A stretch of DNA of 64,000 bases, from NCBI RefSeq assembly GCF_016433145.1, contig NC_058130.1, forward strand, positions 2,547,715 through 2,611,714, in the 5' to 3' direction. The translations under genes and the position numbers were made by a program. Source of the stretch: Gracilinanus agilis. Taxonomy: Eukaryota. Each line of letters opens with the position of its first letter. Within the stretch, counting starts at the first letter, position 1. Positions 1 to 12,100 of the stretch are shown piece by piece. The notes beneath the pieces are model-generated. The model ran no database searches and was not told the origin of the DNA. It saw only the letters and a list, made by a program, of their open reading frames with translations.

Positions 1-290
1 CAGCCTTCCTCCTTCAAGAAGCCTGCTGTGATTTCTCCCCACCCCTTGCCAGTTCTTAGTGCTTCTTCCTAGCTTCGCGAATATCTTGTCATCCTTTGAG
101 GTTTCCCACAGCTTGTTGGGTCAGTTGTATTTGCCTCCACCATAGGTATCTCACCACCCCCACTGAACACGGTGGGGAGAAGGAATCCAACACCCGCGGA
201 AGCCAGCGGGCTGATGGACAGACAGACAGGGAGCAGAGCCCCATTGGCCGCCCCTCTGCTGCTCCCCCTACACGTTCCTGTCCGACTTAC

Positions 291-379
291 CTGAACTTCC
301 AGAAGCTCAAATTCTAGTTGAAAGTGAACAGCGTAGCAGCTCCCAGCCAGGTGGCCCTTTCGCAGGACTCTCAGTTCAT
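291..379 (-). CDS. CENPP: CENPP coding exon 3
   Basis: acceptor ttttttctatgtcccag|, donor CAG|gtaagt; VLRKGHLAGSCYAVHFQLEFELLEVQ; 89 nt. Confidence 0.92.
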
Positions 380-2280
380 CTGGGACATAGAAAAAACAAG
401 CCCCCATTTGCAAATCCTCCAACAACCTGCCAGGGACCACAGGATTGACGCAGCCTCCCGTCTCGGGCCACCCTCCTCACCTTTCCCCATGGCCTGGGCC
501 TAAATGGTAACTGCTAGGGGCAGAAACTGGCTTTGGCCTCCTTCCTTCTGAATCTCCAGTGCCTGGCACCCAGTAGGTGCTTAATGAGCTTAGCCAGCAC
601 CTGGCACTCAGTAGGCTCTTCCCAACTGCCCCAGCCCTAGACCAGTTTCCAGCCTCCTGGGCCCCTCAACCAGGCTGACAGATGTGAATAAAACCGTCCC
701 AGGCCCACAAGGTCTGTGAGTTTGAGCCTCAAAACCAGACTGGAGGCAGAAAGCACCAGAACCACACACCAACACCAGCATTTTTTAAAAGCACCTACTG
801 AGTGCCACAAAGAATGGAAGAGACGACGCACAGCCCTGCTCTCCGGGAGTCCACACCCTAACGGGGCAACGCCAGACAAACCATTAGCGAAGAGTGAAGA
901 AGGATGGGGGGGGGGGCTCCTGGCAAAGGTGGGATGTCAGCTGGGTTTTGAAAGAAGCCAGGGATGGCCAGAAGTGGCATTCCAGGCCTGGGGGAGAGGC
1001 AGAGGGAATAGCCAGGGCCAAGAGACGGAGGAGCTTGTTCCCAGAACAGATAGGAGGCAGCCACTGGACCGAAAAGGTGACAGACAGACAGAGGAGAGAC
1101 AGAAACTGACAGGGAGATGGAGGGAGAGAGAGAGAGAGAGTGTGGTGGGCTAAGGTGTAAGAAGGCTGAAAGGGTGCGAGTGAACAGCTTACGAAGGGCT
1201 TTGGAAGCCAAACAGGATTGGGTATGGGCCCTTGGAGCTAACAGGGAGCCACTGGAGCTCACTAAGCAGGGGGTGCCTACTGGATCTGTGTTCCGTGGCT
1301 GAATGGAAGGGGGCAGCCCCAGCAGCTACTGCAGTAGTCCAGGCAGGCGGTGGTGGGGGGGGTGGGGGGAGGCACACAGGGGATGCTGGCGGGGGCTGGG
1401 GTGGGTGAAATCCACAAGAGCTGCTGCCTTGGGCAAGTTGCCCAGCCTTGGTGCCTTCTAGGAGGGTTTGTGAGGACTGATGCTGGAGGTCCTGGGCGCA
1501 CTCTGAAGGGGCTCTCCACGGGATACAGCTTGAAAGGAAATTTCCCCGGATTGGCAAAAAGTCAATAAGGGAGAAAGGAAGGCTTACTTTGCGGAGTCCT
1601 GCCGGTGCTGTCTGGAAGTTCTAGTCTCGTCATGGAGTAATCAGTCATGCGGAATCCGGTGAGCTTGGAGAGGAAGGAAAGGCCCGATTCCAGGTGGCCA
1701 AGCTGTGCTCGCAGCTCTCTCCCAGGCTCGCCTCCACCACTGAGCGGCTGGCAGTTTTCTTGGCTGAAGAGTCTGGAATAGGGAGATCCAGGCCACTTAG
1801 TCAGAGAGGCGTGTGTCGGCCCCGCCCCTGCCCCTGCTCCCCCAGAGAGACAGAAAGAGACTCTCCGCTCAGCTCAGCTCGGCGCTCTCCAAAGTGACCC
1901 AGCAGCCGGGCGACCTGGCTCCCTCCCTTCTATCTTTGCTTCGCCTGCTCGCTCTTACTTAGCCTCGGCTCGACCAAGAGCCCTCGGCAGACCTTGGGGG
2001 AGCCGTCTCAGCCCCGAACCCAGATTTGCCTGCTCTGCGCCCTGGGACCTCACCAGCTCCGCCACCCCAAGGGGGGCTCCTGGCTTGTCCACGCCCCCCA
2101 TCAGGTGTCCAGTCTCTCCCCGACCTCGCAGCTGCCCAGAGCCCCTGGACTGGGCGCCTACCGGTCCGGCTCCGGGGCGACGGCGGCGTGACGTGGCTGT
2201 TCCAGGCGCCTCTCCAGCGCCGCGATCTCGGCCCGCAGAGCTCGGAGTTCCTGCCGCAATGCCTCTAGCTCCCTGTCCAT
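291..2280 (-). CDS. CENPP: Centromere protein P, 5' part (coding exons 1-3; gene continues left of the window)
   Basis: join(2280..2162,1772..1588,379..291); phases 2/1/0 are consistent; peptide motifs LRAEIAALER, QLGHLESGLSFLSKLTG and FQLEFELLEVQ match recalled human CENP-P; head-to-head with NOL8 as in human. Confidence 0.93.
1124..1140. repeat. (GA)n microsatellite
   Basis: gagagagagagagagag in CENPP intron 2. Confidence 0.85.
1588..1772 (-). CDS. CENPP: CENPP coding exon 2
   Basis: acceptor ctattccag|, donor |gtaagc; ELRAQLGHLESGLSFLSKLTGFRMTDYS; 185 nt. Confidence 0.92.
2162..2280 (-). CDS. CENPP: CENPP coding exon 1
   Basis: gccATGG start; MDRELEALRQELRALRAEIAALERRLEQP; donor CG|gtaggc; 119 nt. 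Confidence 0.9.
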
Positions 2281-3043
2281 GGCTGGGTCAGGTCAGACGA
2301 TACCAGAAGGAGGATGCAGAGACAGCAGCTGTAGCGCCAGAACCCAGCTGTTCAAGCCTCCCGCGCGCCACCGGTACGTACCAATTTCGCGAATCCTTGG
2401 GGGGGGGATAGAGCACGGGGTAGGAAGTGGCCGAATCCACCCAGCCTGGGGCGCACCGGAGGCGGTGCTGAGAGCATGGACGAGAGCAACGCGCCTACCC
2501 TCCCCGGAGAGTTCGCTACCTCATGTGTGGGGAGTGAAATCCCAGAGTCAGTGGCTGCCCAACCCCTGCTCCTGGAGAATTGGTTTGGTCCCAGGCCAGC
2601 CCTCGAGTGACGTCAGAGACCGGTACAAAAAAAACTTGGCCATCTATCTCTGCGCGTGCGCAGTGCCGGGGAGGCGGGGTCGTAGAGCACGAACTTAGGG
2701 TGAGAGCGAGAAGTAGCGGAAGATGTCACTTTATTTTGCTTCCCCCTGGATAACCGAGCCCGCGGGACTTGCCTGGGCTCCCTCACTCAGCAGTCACCTG
2801 AGTGCGGCCATCACTACGGGTCACGGCGGAGAGACCCGAAGAGACGCACAGAAGACTGGGATTTAGTTGGAGACTGAAGAAACCGGCGAGCTGGGAAGAG
2901 AGCACCGGAACCTTGAACACAGCCACTGGATCTCTTTAATGGGGGGTTGAAGGAAAACGGAAAGCCTTCCCCCCGGGACCGGAAGTTGGAGTCACATGGC
3001 CCGGAAGCTCGCGCCGCGCAATACTCAAGCAACGGAATAGACC
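2281..3043. promoter_or_regulatory. CpG-rich bidirectional promoter shared by CENPP and NOL8
   Basis: 763 bp between divergent ATGs; CRE TGACGTCA 2608-2615, NRF1 TGCGCGTGCGCA 2651-2662, GC box about 2668-2679, ETS/GABP ACCGGAAGT 2978-2986 and CCGGAAG 3001-3007. Confidence 0.8.
2351..2365 (-). promoter_or_regulatory. CDE/CHR tandem element (DREAM/MuvB type) oriented toward CENPP
   Basis: minus strand CGCGG-gagg-CTTGAA: CDE, 4-nt spacer, CHR variant; about 70 nt upstream of the CENPP ATG. Confidence 0.55.
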
Positions 3044-3182
3044 ATGGCAGCAAGTGTTGGCGAGCGGCGCCTCTTCGTGGGTGGCCTCGGGCCCACGGTC
3101 ACGCAGGACGACGTGCGTGCGCAACTGGGCCGCTTCGGGGCCGTATCCTCAGTCGAGCTCGTGTCTCGGGTGGACGTGCTCG
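3044..3182 (+). CDS. NOL8: NOL8 coding exon 1 (RRM)
   Basis: accATGG; MAASVGERRLFVGGLGP (RNP2); donor G|gtaaga. Confidence 0.93.
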
Positions 3183-6100
3183 GTAAGACCCGGGGCGAGG
3201 GCCCCCAAGTCCATACCTTCCCTGCTCAGAGGCGGCCGGGGATGGGGTGTCTTCTCCGGACCTTGCTTATGCACACGCCCACTTTCGCCGGTTTCCGACT
3301 CTTCTGGCTCCCAGGGTCCACAGCAAGGCCTCCCTGACCCCCTCCTCCCGTAGATCGCTCAACTCTTCTCTTGGGGGAGGGCAGGAGCCCCCTCGCCAGG
3401 GACTCTAGGCGGACTTCCTGCTGGAGGGGAGGCAGGAGATTCCGCTGGGTGGCCCTGGCCAGCCCTAGAACTTGCACAAAAGGGACATTCTCTGGAACAG
3501 CCAGAAGCCTGGTGAGCGTCCTGGCAGGACCTAGAACCCCCCAGGAGGCGGCTCTGAGCGAAGTTTTCTTCCTTTCTCAGGGAACCCGGAGAAGACCTTC
3601 GCTTATGTTAACGTAGCACTGTCGGAGGCAGCCCTACAAAAATGTGAGTAGCCCCTCGGGCCACTGTCCCCATCTGGGCACAGGCAGTGGGAAGAGCAAG
3701 AGTCCTGGACCCATCTAGACCCTGGTTCTGGAGCTCCCACATTGACCCAGGCCCACTGATGAAGGAGGGACAGATGGGACTCTTGGGTTTGCAGGTCTGT
3801 CAGCCTTGAACAAGACGGCATGGAAGGGTGGCACTCTGCAGGTCCAGTTGGCCAAGGAAAGCTTCTTGCACAGGTATGGCCACCCCAGGGATGAGGAGGA
3901 GAGCCTGGTCATGGGGCACCCCTTAGCACTGGCACTGATGCTAGGAAGAATCTACTGGTTTGGGAGGGCAGCAGTTGGGCTGTGAGGGGGTGAGGAGAGC
4001 ATGGGGGAGGATGCGAGGACAGGGAGAATTCTGTTCATGCAGGGAGGTGCGATTGGGCCTTGAATCCCAGGGCCCTTTGAATTCTCCATAGGGAATAATA
4101 GCTTCCTAGAGGTTAGCACCATCACCTGGTATGTTACTAACTGCATGAAGGAGGCACATTGTACCTGATGCTTAGTGACCCCTGGGGTTGGAATGGGTGG
4201 GGCACCTTGCTTTCAAAGTGTCGACCCCTCAATTCAGATGGCTTCCCGGAGGGGGTGCCATGAGTGTGGAGAGATTTAGAAATGGGGGAAGGGTGCCATT
4301 CCTGGCCCTGAGCAAGGACTTAGAGGGCAGCAAAGGGAAAAGGCAAGTGTGGAGGAGCGGCCAATGCCATGGCTGTTGTTGGTAGTCATTGGGGCTCAGT
4401 GATGCCACCCTGCCAAGGGCCTTGAGTGCCAAGCCAAAAAGACCTTCAGACCACTGGCAGACTTTGGGCAAGTGTTATTGTCTGCCTCATGCTAAGGCTG
4501 GGGAGGAGGAAATGGACAATCTCTGAGATCATCCACAGGCTGCCCCTATTCTCCCCATCTCAGAAGCGTAAGTCCTAAATCCCTGCTCCAGTATCCCCAC
4601 TGCCCTCTGTTCATCCACCTCCGGGACACAGCAGGCTGTCCTGGGAGGCCCTGGGTAGATAGAGTATAGGAGTGAGGTGGGGCAGGTACAAATCACAGAG
4701 TTGTTCACATACAGGGCTACATTGAAGCTCTGGGGATCATTGAGAATGGGGGGGGGGGGGGTGTGAGATCCTTTCTGGAAGAAGAGATCGAGGTCAGAGT
4801 GGGATCAAGTTGTACAGAGCAAAGTCCTAAGACAAGGATCTTTACCAGAGGGAGGCATGAGAGAAGAAAGGAAGGGGACTTTTTAGATACAGAAGACATC
4901 TGGGCAGTGGGCAGAGGGAACTTGGTGCAAGCCCCCTCTCCTACCTCCCTGGGAGGGAAGGCCTCCTACAGGGGTGAGGGTTTGCCTTGACCCTCTTGTT
5001 GGTGTTATGGGTGTCAGACTGGCAAAGGAGAGGCTGCAGGCCAAAGCAAAGCAGGAACAGCAGTTCTCAGGTGACCCTACAGCAGGCTCAGAGACATCTT
5101 TGGGGAAGAATGGCATCTTGGAGTTCCACATGAAAGCTGTGCCAGGAACAGAAGTCCCAGGACACAAGGCAAGTGTGACCCTTGAGGCTTAGCCTCTGAA
5201 GCCCTGGAGGAAACTAGCAGTCAGGTAGCCCCTCAGGCCATCAGGTTCCCCCACATTCCTTTGAAGACTGGCATGTTGGTGTTGCCCTCTCTCCATCTCC
5301 TCATCCACTTTCCACAGGGCTGCCCATCTCTCTGCCCTCCAGATCCATACTCCATGATTGACCCCAGTTTGCTTTTGGTTCAGAATTTGTCGTTCTGTTG
5401 GCACCGCCTTTAGTTCTGGGAATCTAGGTTCTTCGTGGTGCTAAATCCATTGTCTCCTTTCTCTTAGGATTGGGTGGTGAGTAAATTTGGAAGAGTATTG
5501 CCTGTCCTTCACCTTAGAAGTCAGAATAAACGCAAAATATCCTTTCTGATTGTTCCAGCCGTCAAGGCACTTGTTGCAGAGCTCCTGGGGCCAGGGGCCG
5601 ATCACTTAGTCATCAGTCATCTTTTTGGCCCCAGCAGGGAGCCATTCTTAGCTGGCCATGAATTCCTTGCTCACACGAAACACTGGGTCCAAAATCTCTG
5701 GGGAGTGTGAATTTGGTTACTGTGAGAGAGATGATGCCCAGAAAGGGGGGACCTTTCAGGAGGCAGCAGAGAGGAATCAGAGTTTAAGCCAAGTCCACTT
5801 GAGAGAGGGCAAGGGCATGAGCTTGGGGCAGCCAAGTACACAGTGAGAGGAGCTGCCTCTGCCTGGTCTCTAAAGGGTCCCTCCAGATCTTCATGGATTG
5901 TGACTGACTGACTGCAGGAGTTAGGCAGGGTGGGGCCAGCTTAGGGAAGGCCCAGGAAGCCCACGAGCCCAGGGTGCAAGCCATAGGGAACCATAAGTCT
6001 AGCCAGAAAGGATGTGTTAGGAAAGTTAAGGTCCCTGAGGTCTGTAGGATGGGTTCAGGGGAAGTAGGTACAGAGGACTTAGACCGTGTCATTCTCTGAA

Positions 6101-9100
6101 GATCAGTGATGTTCTTGGCAATGAGTATTTTTCCATAATCTCCCAATAAAATGCCATGAATAAGTTAGGAATGACGAGGGAGGAGAGACAAGAGATCCAT
6201 CTTGGTATCCCTGTTGGCTCCCTTGCCTCAATCTGTAGTCTCGTAGGACACCTCTCCTGACACTAGACTGCCCTGGGATCCCAGGGTGGGCCATTTGGAG
6301 CTGCCAGACTCTTGTCTTCCTCCTCTCTCAGCCCAGAGTGATTGCTGCTAGCTAATGACAGAAGAGGTATGAGACCCGGAGCCTGGTAAGCACAAACTAG
6401 AAAATATTTGCTATTTCAAGGTTTTCAAGAAATCTCCAGTTTCAAGAATTGGAGAGATTGTTTCCTTGAAGCTGTTCATTTCTTAGATGCTCAGATGGGG
6501 TCCAGGCCACTGTTTCACACTGAGATTTTGCAGAATTCTGGTCTTGTTTTCTTCCTTAACTTTTCCTAACATCTTAAAATATGATCCATCAAAATATTGC
6601 CACAACCTCAAGAAGTTCGAACAAGACGTCACAAACACCGTCTCCATTTCCGACCTCACTTGGAAATTGGAAGGAGGAGATGACACAATGAGTAAGAAAC
6701 GACAGGGACAGTTTCCTGCATTCAGAAACTGCCCTCCTAAAAGAGCAAAGGTGGGGGGCAGTCACTGCTCTCCAGCCCCTCCAAGTGTAACACAACAGCC
6801 AGGTGTTCAAAAAACAAATCTCGGGCCAGTCAAACTTCCTACATCGGCGTCCTCTAGACATAAGAACAGTCAGAAGCCAGAGACGGTGTTTCTTCCAACT
6901 TCAAAATCGCCCTTTGTTAGGAGGAGAAATACCATGTCTGATGACGATCTCGATTCTGAAGATGAATTAAAAGCTCTGATAGCAGAAGAGAAGAAATCAC
7001 AGAAGACGGCCTTCTTTGAGACAGACAGCACCGAAGGGAACTCCTTCGAAGTGGTCAGCAGTGATTTCAAGCCAAGTCTAGCCAGTTCAGGGGTGAAGCA
7101 GGCTTCTTGCTCAAACAGTACCAGTCATCCTGCGGAGAGCGACAAAGAGTATGACTCTGGGGACACGGATGAAATCATTGCTGGGGGTAAAAACAGTGAC
7201 CAGAACAAAGGTAAGGCCAAAATGTCACCAAAAAGGAAAGCCAAAGCCAAAAAGGACTGTTTGCAAAATAGAACGGATCGTCTGTCTTCTGGTCAGAATA
7301 CTGAAATTAGGAAAAGGAAGCATTCCTCCGGTAACGAAAAAGAGTCCAGCGTCACGCGGCCCACTAAAAATTGTGCTCCTCCTGAATCCGAGGAGGAGTC
7401 TGAAGAAAACCTGGATTATGACTCCATGATGGCAAACTGCTATCGCCTTGACCTCACCTTGGCTGATCTAGAAAGACTGGCCAGCGAAGGTCTGCAGAGC
7501 GCAGGGGACAGTGACGATTGTGCTAAGCAGGATCTCCCCGGGAGAAAGGTCCCGGATTCTGGCCAGAAGAGGAGGAAGGCTCCCAACAGAAGGGCCCAGT
7601 GCATCAATCCGAGTGACATTTTGGCTTCCCTTTTAGAAGGGGAAGAGATCAGTGACCAGAAGCCACCCCAGGAGAATATGTGGAAATCCAAGTTTCAGGC
7701 TTTCAAAGGTGTGGGAGCCCTCTATGAAGGGGAGACGCCAAGCAAAGCCTTTAAGAGCACTGGTGTCTTTGCCCACAAGAAAGGTCATCATTCTTGGAAC
7801 CAGGAAGCTTCTACTAGTCCTAAGGGAAAACAGGCCTTTGGTTCTAATACTTGTTCCAGTGAGGAAATGACCCCCCCTCGAGGCGGAAGAGAAGCAAATG
7901 AGGCAGATGGTCCTGGCAAAGCTCCAAGGAAGAGACAAGCAAGCAGGGACCAGTGTACCACTGAACAGTCATCTACTTCTGGTTCTGAATGTGAAAATGG
8001 TTTGGCTTCTAGCCTGTCATCCTCGGGCACTAAGACACCCTTAGGTGTTTCTGCAAAGACTCATAGGACAGACTTGGGAAGTGATGCTGGAATGGGAAAA
8101 CCCAAGCAGGGAAAGAGCGATTCCTTCCCCCTCAGGCCTTCTCCAGGGCAAGAACCTAAGCTTGTAGTTCTGAAAACCGATGCCAAGAAACCCATCCAGG
8201 TCTCTGTTGAAAAAGTTAGCGCATTTTCCTGTAGGCAAGGAAAGGCCCCAAGCGGGTCTCAGGAGGAGACTGATTGCCCCCCACCTCGGATCCCTTCATC
8301 AGATGCCCTCAGCCCTCCCAAGAACTCCCAGGATAATCAGAAACGCTTGGCGGCCCTGGAGGAGAGGAAGAGAGAACGGGAGCTGCAGAAGCAGCTGGTG
8401 CACAGTGCTCTTTCCAGCGTGGTGAGTGCAGGGGTAACTGCAAGGGCTTCCCTGTAACTGTAAGTAAGGGAGGCGCATGTGCCCTTTTCCCCAAGTTGAC
8501 TCTTCTCTCAAAGCTGGGTGGGGTGGCTAAGCCCACATTAGTTCTCAGAGGTCATGAGATGTTCAGGTATGTTGGCCAACAACCTTGTTACCCCTTCAGC
8601 CCTCTCCAGAGCCAGCATGTCGATCTCTCTGTGGTTAGTCTACACTGGCAGCACAGCTGACGGCCAGCAGGTTCTCCTTGCTTGGCACATCTGAATGGCA
8701 GTGAATGCACGGGGAAGCACCAAAACACTGCTGAGAATGGGGCCTGCAGAGATGCTGCCCAGCTTCCAGGTGGGGAGCTGGGCACATGTACCTGTTGGGC
8801 AGCGCCTGGATTTATGATTGTGACACGCTCGGATGTCTCCTCTGATGCTTCCCATGTTCCCCCAGGACAGCTCTCTAGCGAGCAAACCAACTCACATCGT
8901 GTTTGGCTCTGACAGTGAAGAAGAAACGGAAGAGAAAGGTGGCAACGAGCAACCTCTCCCTGAAAACAGAGTAAAGCAGGTAAGGGACGAACAGGACTCC
9001 TTTGGGACCTTGGGCTGGCTGGCTGGCCAGGGCCGTGTGTTGCTCAGGGGCCCGTTGGTCTTCACTGGGCTCCCTTTCCACGGCTACTGACACTGGATTG

Positions 9101-12100
9101 TCCAGCCAACCTCCACATCTCCCTCCCAATCTCCTTTTCACATTTTCCCCCTAATTGGCTGCGGAAGCGATTTTAAACCTTCGTTTTTCTGACATTTTGC
9201 CATCCCGATTCTTTGTCCCCTCCCCTCTCCCCTGCCTGAAGTGACAAGTGATCTGAGTGTCACATGGTGGCAGCACACGAGAAAATAGCCAGGAAGGCAA
9301 TGGCGTAAACGACTGTCGGGACCTGCCGTCACACCCCAACGGCCTTGTTCATTAGGAGTCCTTTTCACTTGGCCTGGTTCCTTGCCTTGTTGACAGCGAG
9401 TGGTTTGGTCTTTCCGTTAGTCATTGGACGTGATTGCTGTTACTGAGTACAGGATTCCCTGGTTCTGCTCACTTCATACAAGTCTTTCCAGGTTTTGGGG
9501 GGCTCCTCCTGTTTGTCATTTCTTATGGCACAGTAGAGTTCCGTTACCATCATAGTTGTATGTTCAGCCACTCCCCAACGGATGGACGTCCCCTCAGTTT
9601 TCCGTTCTTTGCCACACAAATTGCTGCTCTAACAGTCAATCCTTCTTCCTGATCTTTGATCTCTTTGGGGTACAGACCCAGGGGAGGTCCTCCAGCATCG
9701 AAGGGTCTGCATGGCTTTATGGCCCTTTGGGCACGGTTACAGATTGCCTTCTGGAATGGTTGGGCCACTTCACAGCTGCAGCAGCAGCGTTACGAGCAGC
9801 CCAGTTTGCCCACATCCCTTCCAGCATATATCATTTTCCTTTTGAGCCTGCTAGGTGGGAGGTCGTGCCTCAGAGTGCTTTTCATTTGCGTTTCTCTAAT
9901 TAAGAGGGATTTCGAGTATTTTCCATAGGCCACGAGGTAGTTTTGAATTCTTCCTCTGGAAACCGCCTGTTCATATCCTTTGACTAGTTATCAGTTGGGG
10001 AATGACTCGTATTCTTATAAACTTGACTCAGTTCTCTCTAGATTGAAGAAATGAGGCTGTTGTCAGAAACATTTGCTATAAAAATTTCCCACTTTTTACC
10101 CTTCTAATCTTGACTGCATAGGTTTTATCTGGGCCAAAGGTTTCCCTTTTTATTTATTTATTTGTTTGTTTTTAAGCCCTTTCCTTCCGTCTTGGAGTCA
10201 ATACTGTGTATTGGCTCCAAGGCAGAAGAGTAGTAAGGGTGGGCCATGGGGGTCAAGTGACTCGCCCAGGGTCACCCAGCTGGGAAGTGTCTGAGGCCAG
10301 ATTTGAACGGAGACCTCCCGTCTCTAGGCCTGACTCTCAATCCACTGAGCTACCCAGCCCCAGCCCCAGCCCCCCCACCCCCCAACCTTAAGGTAATCAG
10401 TTATCCATTTTTATCATGTCATGTTTTCTGCATCTTCTTTGGACATCAATTCTTTTCTTATCCATTTCATATTACCCGGTTTTGCTGATGGTGCCGTCCT
10501 TTATTTCGAGATATCGTATCCGTTTTAACTTTATCTCCACGTGCGGTGTGAGGGTCTATACCTGCTTTCTGCCATCATGTTTTCCAGGTTTCCCAGCAGT
10601 TTGTCAAATAGTGAGTTCTTCTCAAACTTGGGATCTTGGGGTACATCAAGCACTAGATTACGGTGGTCACTTAGTGCTGTGCATTAGGTACCTCGTCTTT
10701 CCTACTGCTCTTCTACTCTGTCTCTTAGCCAGTGCCAGATTGTTTGGATGATTCTCGCTTTCTGATACAGTCTGAAGGTATAGTGTATGGCTAGGCTTTC
10801 TGCCTTCATTTTTTTCCGTTTATTTCCTCGATGTTCTTGACCTTTTGGGCCTCCAGATGAATTTTTGCCATTTTTTCCAGCTCGGTGAAGTAATTCTGTG
10901 GTAGTTTGATTGGTCCGGCACTGAATAGGTAAATGAATCTTGTTAGACGTGGCCTGCCCATGAGCAATTATTGCATTTCCAGGCGTCTCCTTCTGACTTG
11001 GTGTGAACAGTGTTTGCAGTTGGGTTCGTGTGGCCTCTGGGCTTGGCCAGTGTTTCATGTTGGCACAGTTATTTTAAATGGGATTTGTCTCTCTCTGTCT
11101 CTTGCTATTAGGCTTTATTAGTGGTATGGAGAAAAGCTGGCGTTTATGTCCTCCAGCTTTGCTGAAGTTGTTGGTTGAGCCTCTCGTCTGTCACTTTAAG
11201 GAAAGCCGCGTTGAGTCCAGCGTTCTCCAGGATTTTTAATAGGAATGGAAGTTGTATCTTGTCAGGCTTTTTCTGAATCTATGGAGATGCTCATGGAGCT
11301 TCTTTGGGGTTTGTTATTGATGCAGTCGGTCCTTTTACTCCGTCAGTCTCAGCTCCATGACGCCTTTCCTCCCATGTTTCTCAAATCTGTCCCATGCTGC
11401 CTTACATATGACAACGGGAAGCAGGAAGACCCGAGTTCTAGTCCTACTTGAACGTGGTGACTTCTCTAAGCAAGATCCTCATGGTCATACTACTTGTTTT
11501 CTTCAAAAGGATTCTTATAAATTGTAACAGATATTGGTATGACACAGAAACAGAAAACTTTCAGGCAGCTCAAAGTAACCAATTGGTTTCTTTTAAGGAT
11601 CTGACTGGTAAGACCTCTGGGAAACTCTTTGAGAGCAGTGAGGATGACGAAGAGGAGAGTGACGACGATGAGGCCCGATTCCAGATTAAGCCCCAGTTTG
11701 AAGGCAAAGCTGGAAAGAAGGTGGGTTAGTGCTGAGCGCAGCAGCAGCAGCAGCATAATGGGCATTTAACGAATCGTTTGGCTCTTTAGCTGATTCCCTG
11801 CCCCAACCCATGCCCTTTGGCTCCTGTGAATCCCGAATATGGGGAACAAAGGTTTTTGCAATTCTTTCCTTGTTCTGATGGGTCTGATTCCATGGAAGGT
11901 TGGAGTGTGGAACTGGATGAGTAATTCTCCAATGGGGTGGTGGGTGGGGAAACTGTCATAAAGGCTAGGCAACCCTCACCAGATCCCCCCATCTTTTGGT
12001 GCTCTTCTCCCCGCCTCTCAGTTTGAGGGCCATCAGGGCCAACCTTCATTGGCAGAAGGGGTTTTCTAGCCCGGGAGTTCTTCGCTCTACCAGGGGAAAG

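Noticed and set aside
2660-3040. Non-coding NOL8 first exon with donor AGG|GTGAGA at 2700 and acceptor at 3040
   Set aside because: The acceptor lacks a pyrimidine tract and ETS promoter motifs sit directly upstream of the ATG; it cannot be supported without transcript data.
6487-8457. 656-aa ORF as a stand-alone intronless gene
   Set aside because: It is NOL8 coding exon 6 plus in-frame intronic flanks; splice signals at 6570/6571 and 8421/8422 connect it to its neighbours.
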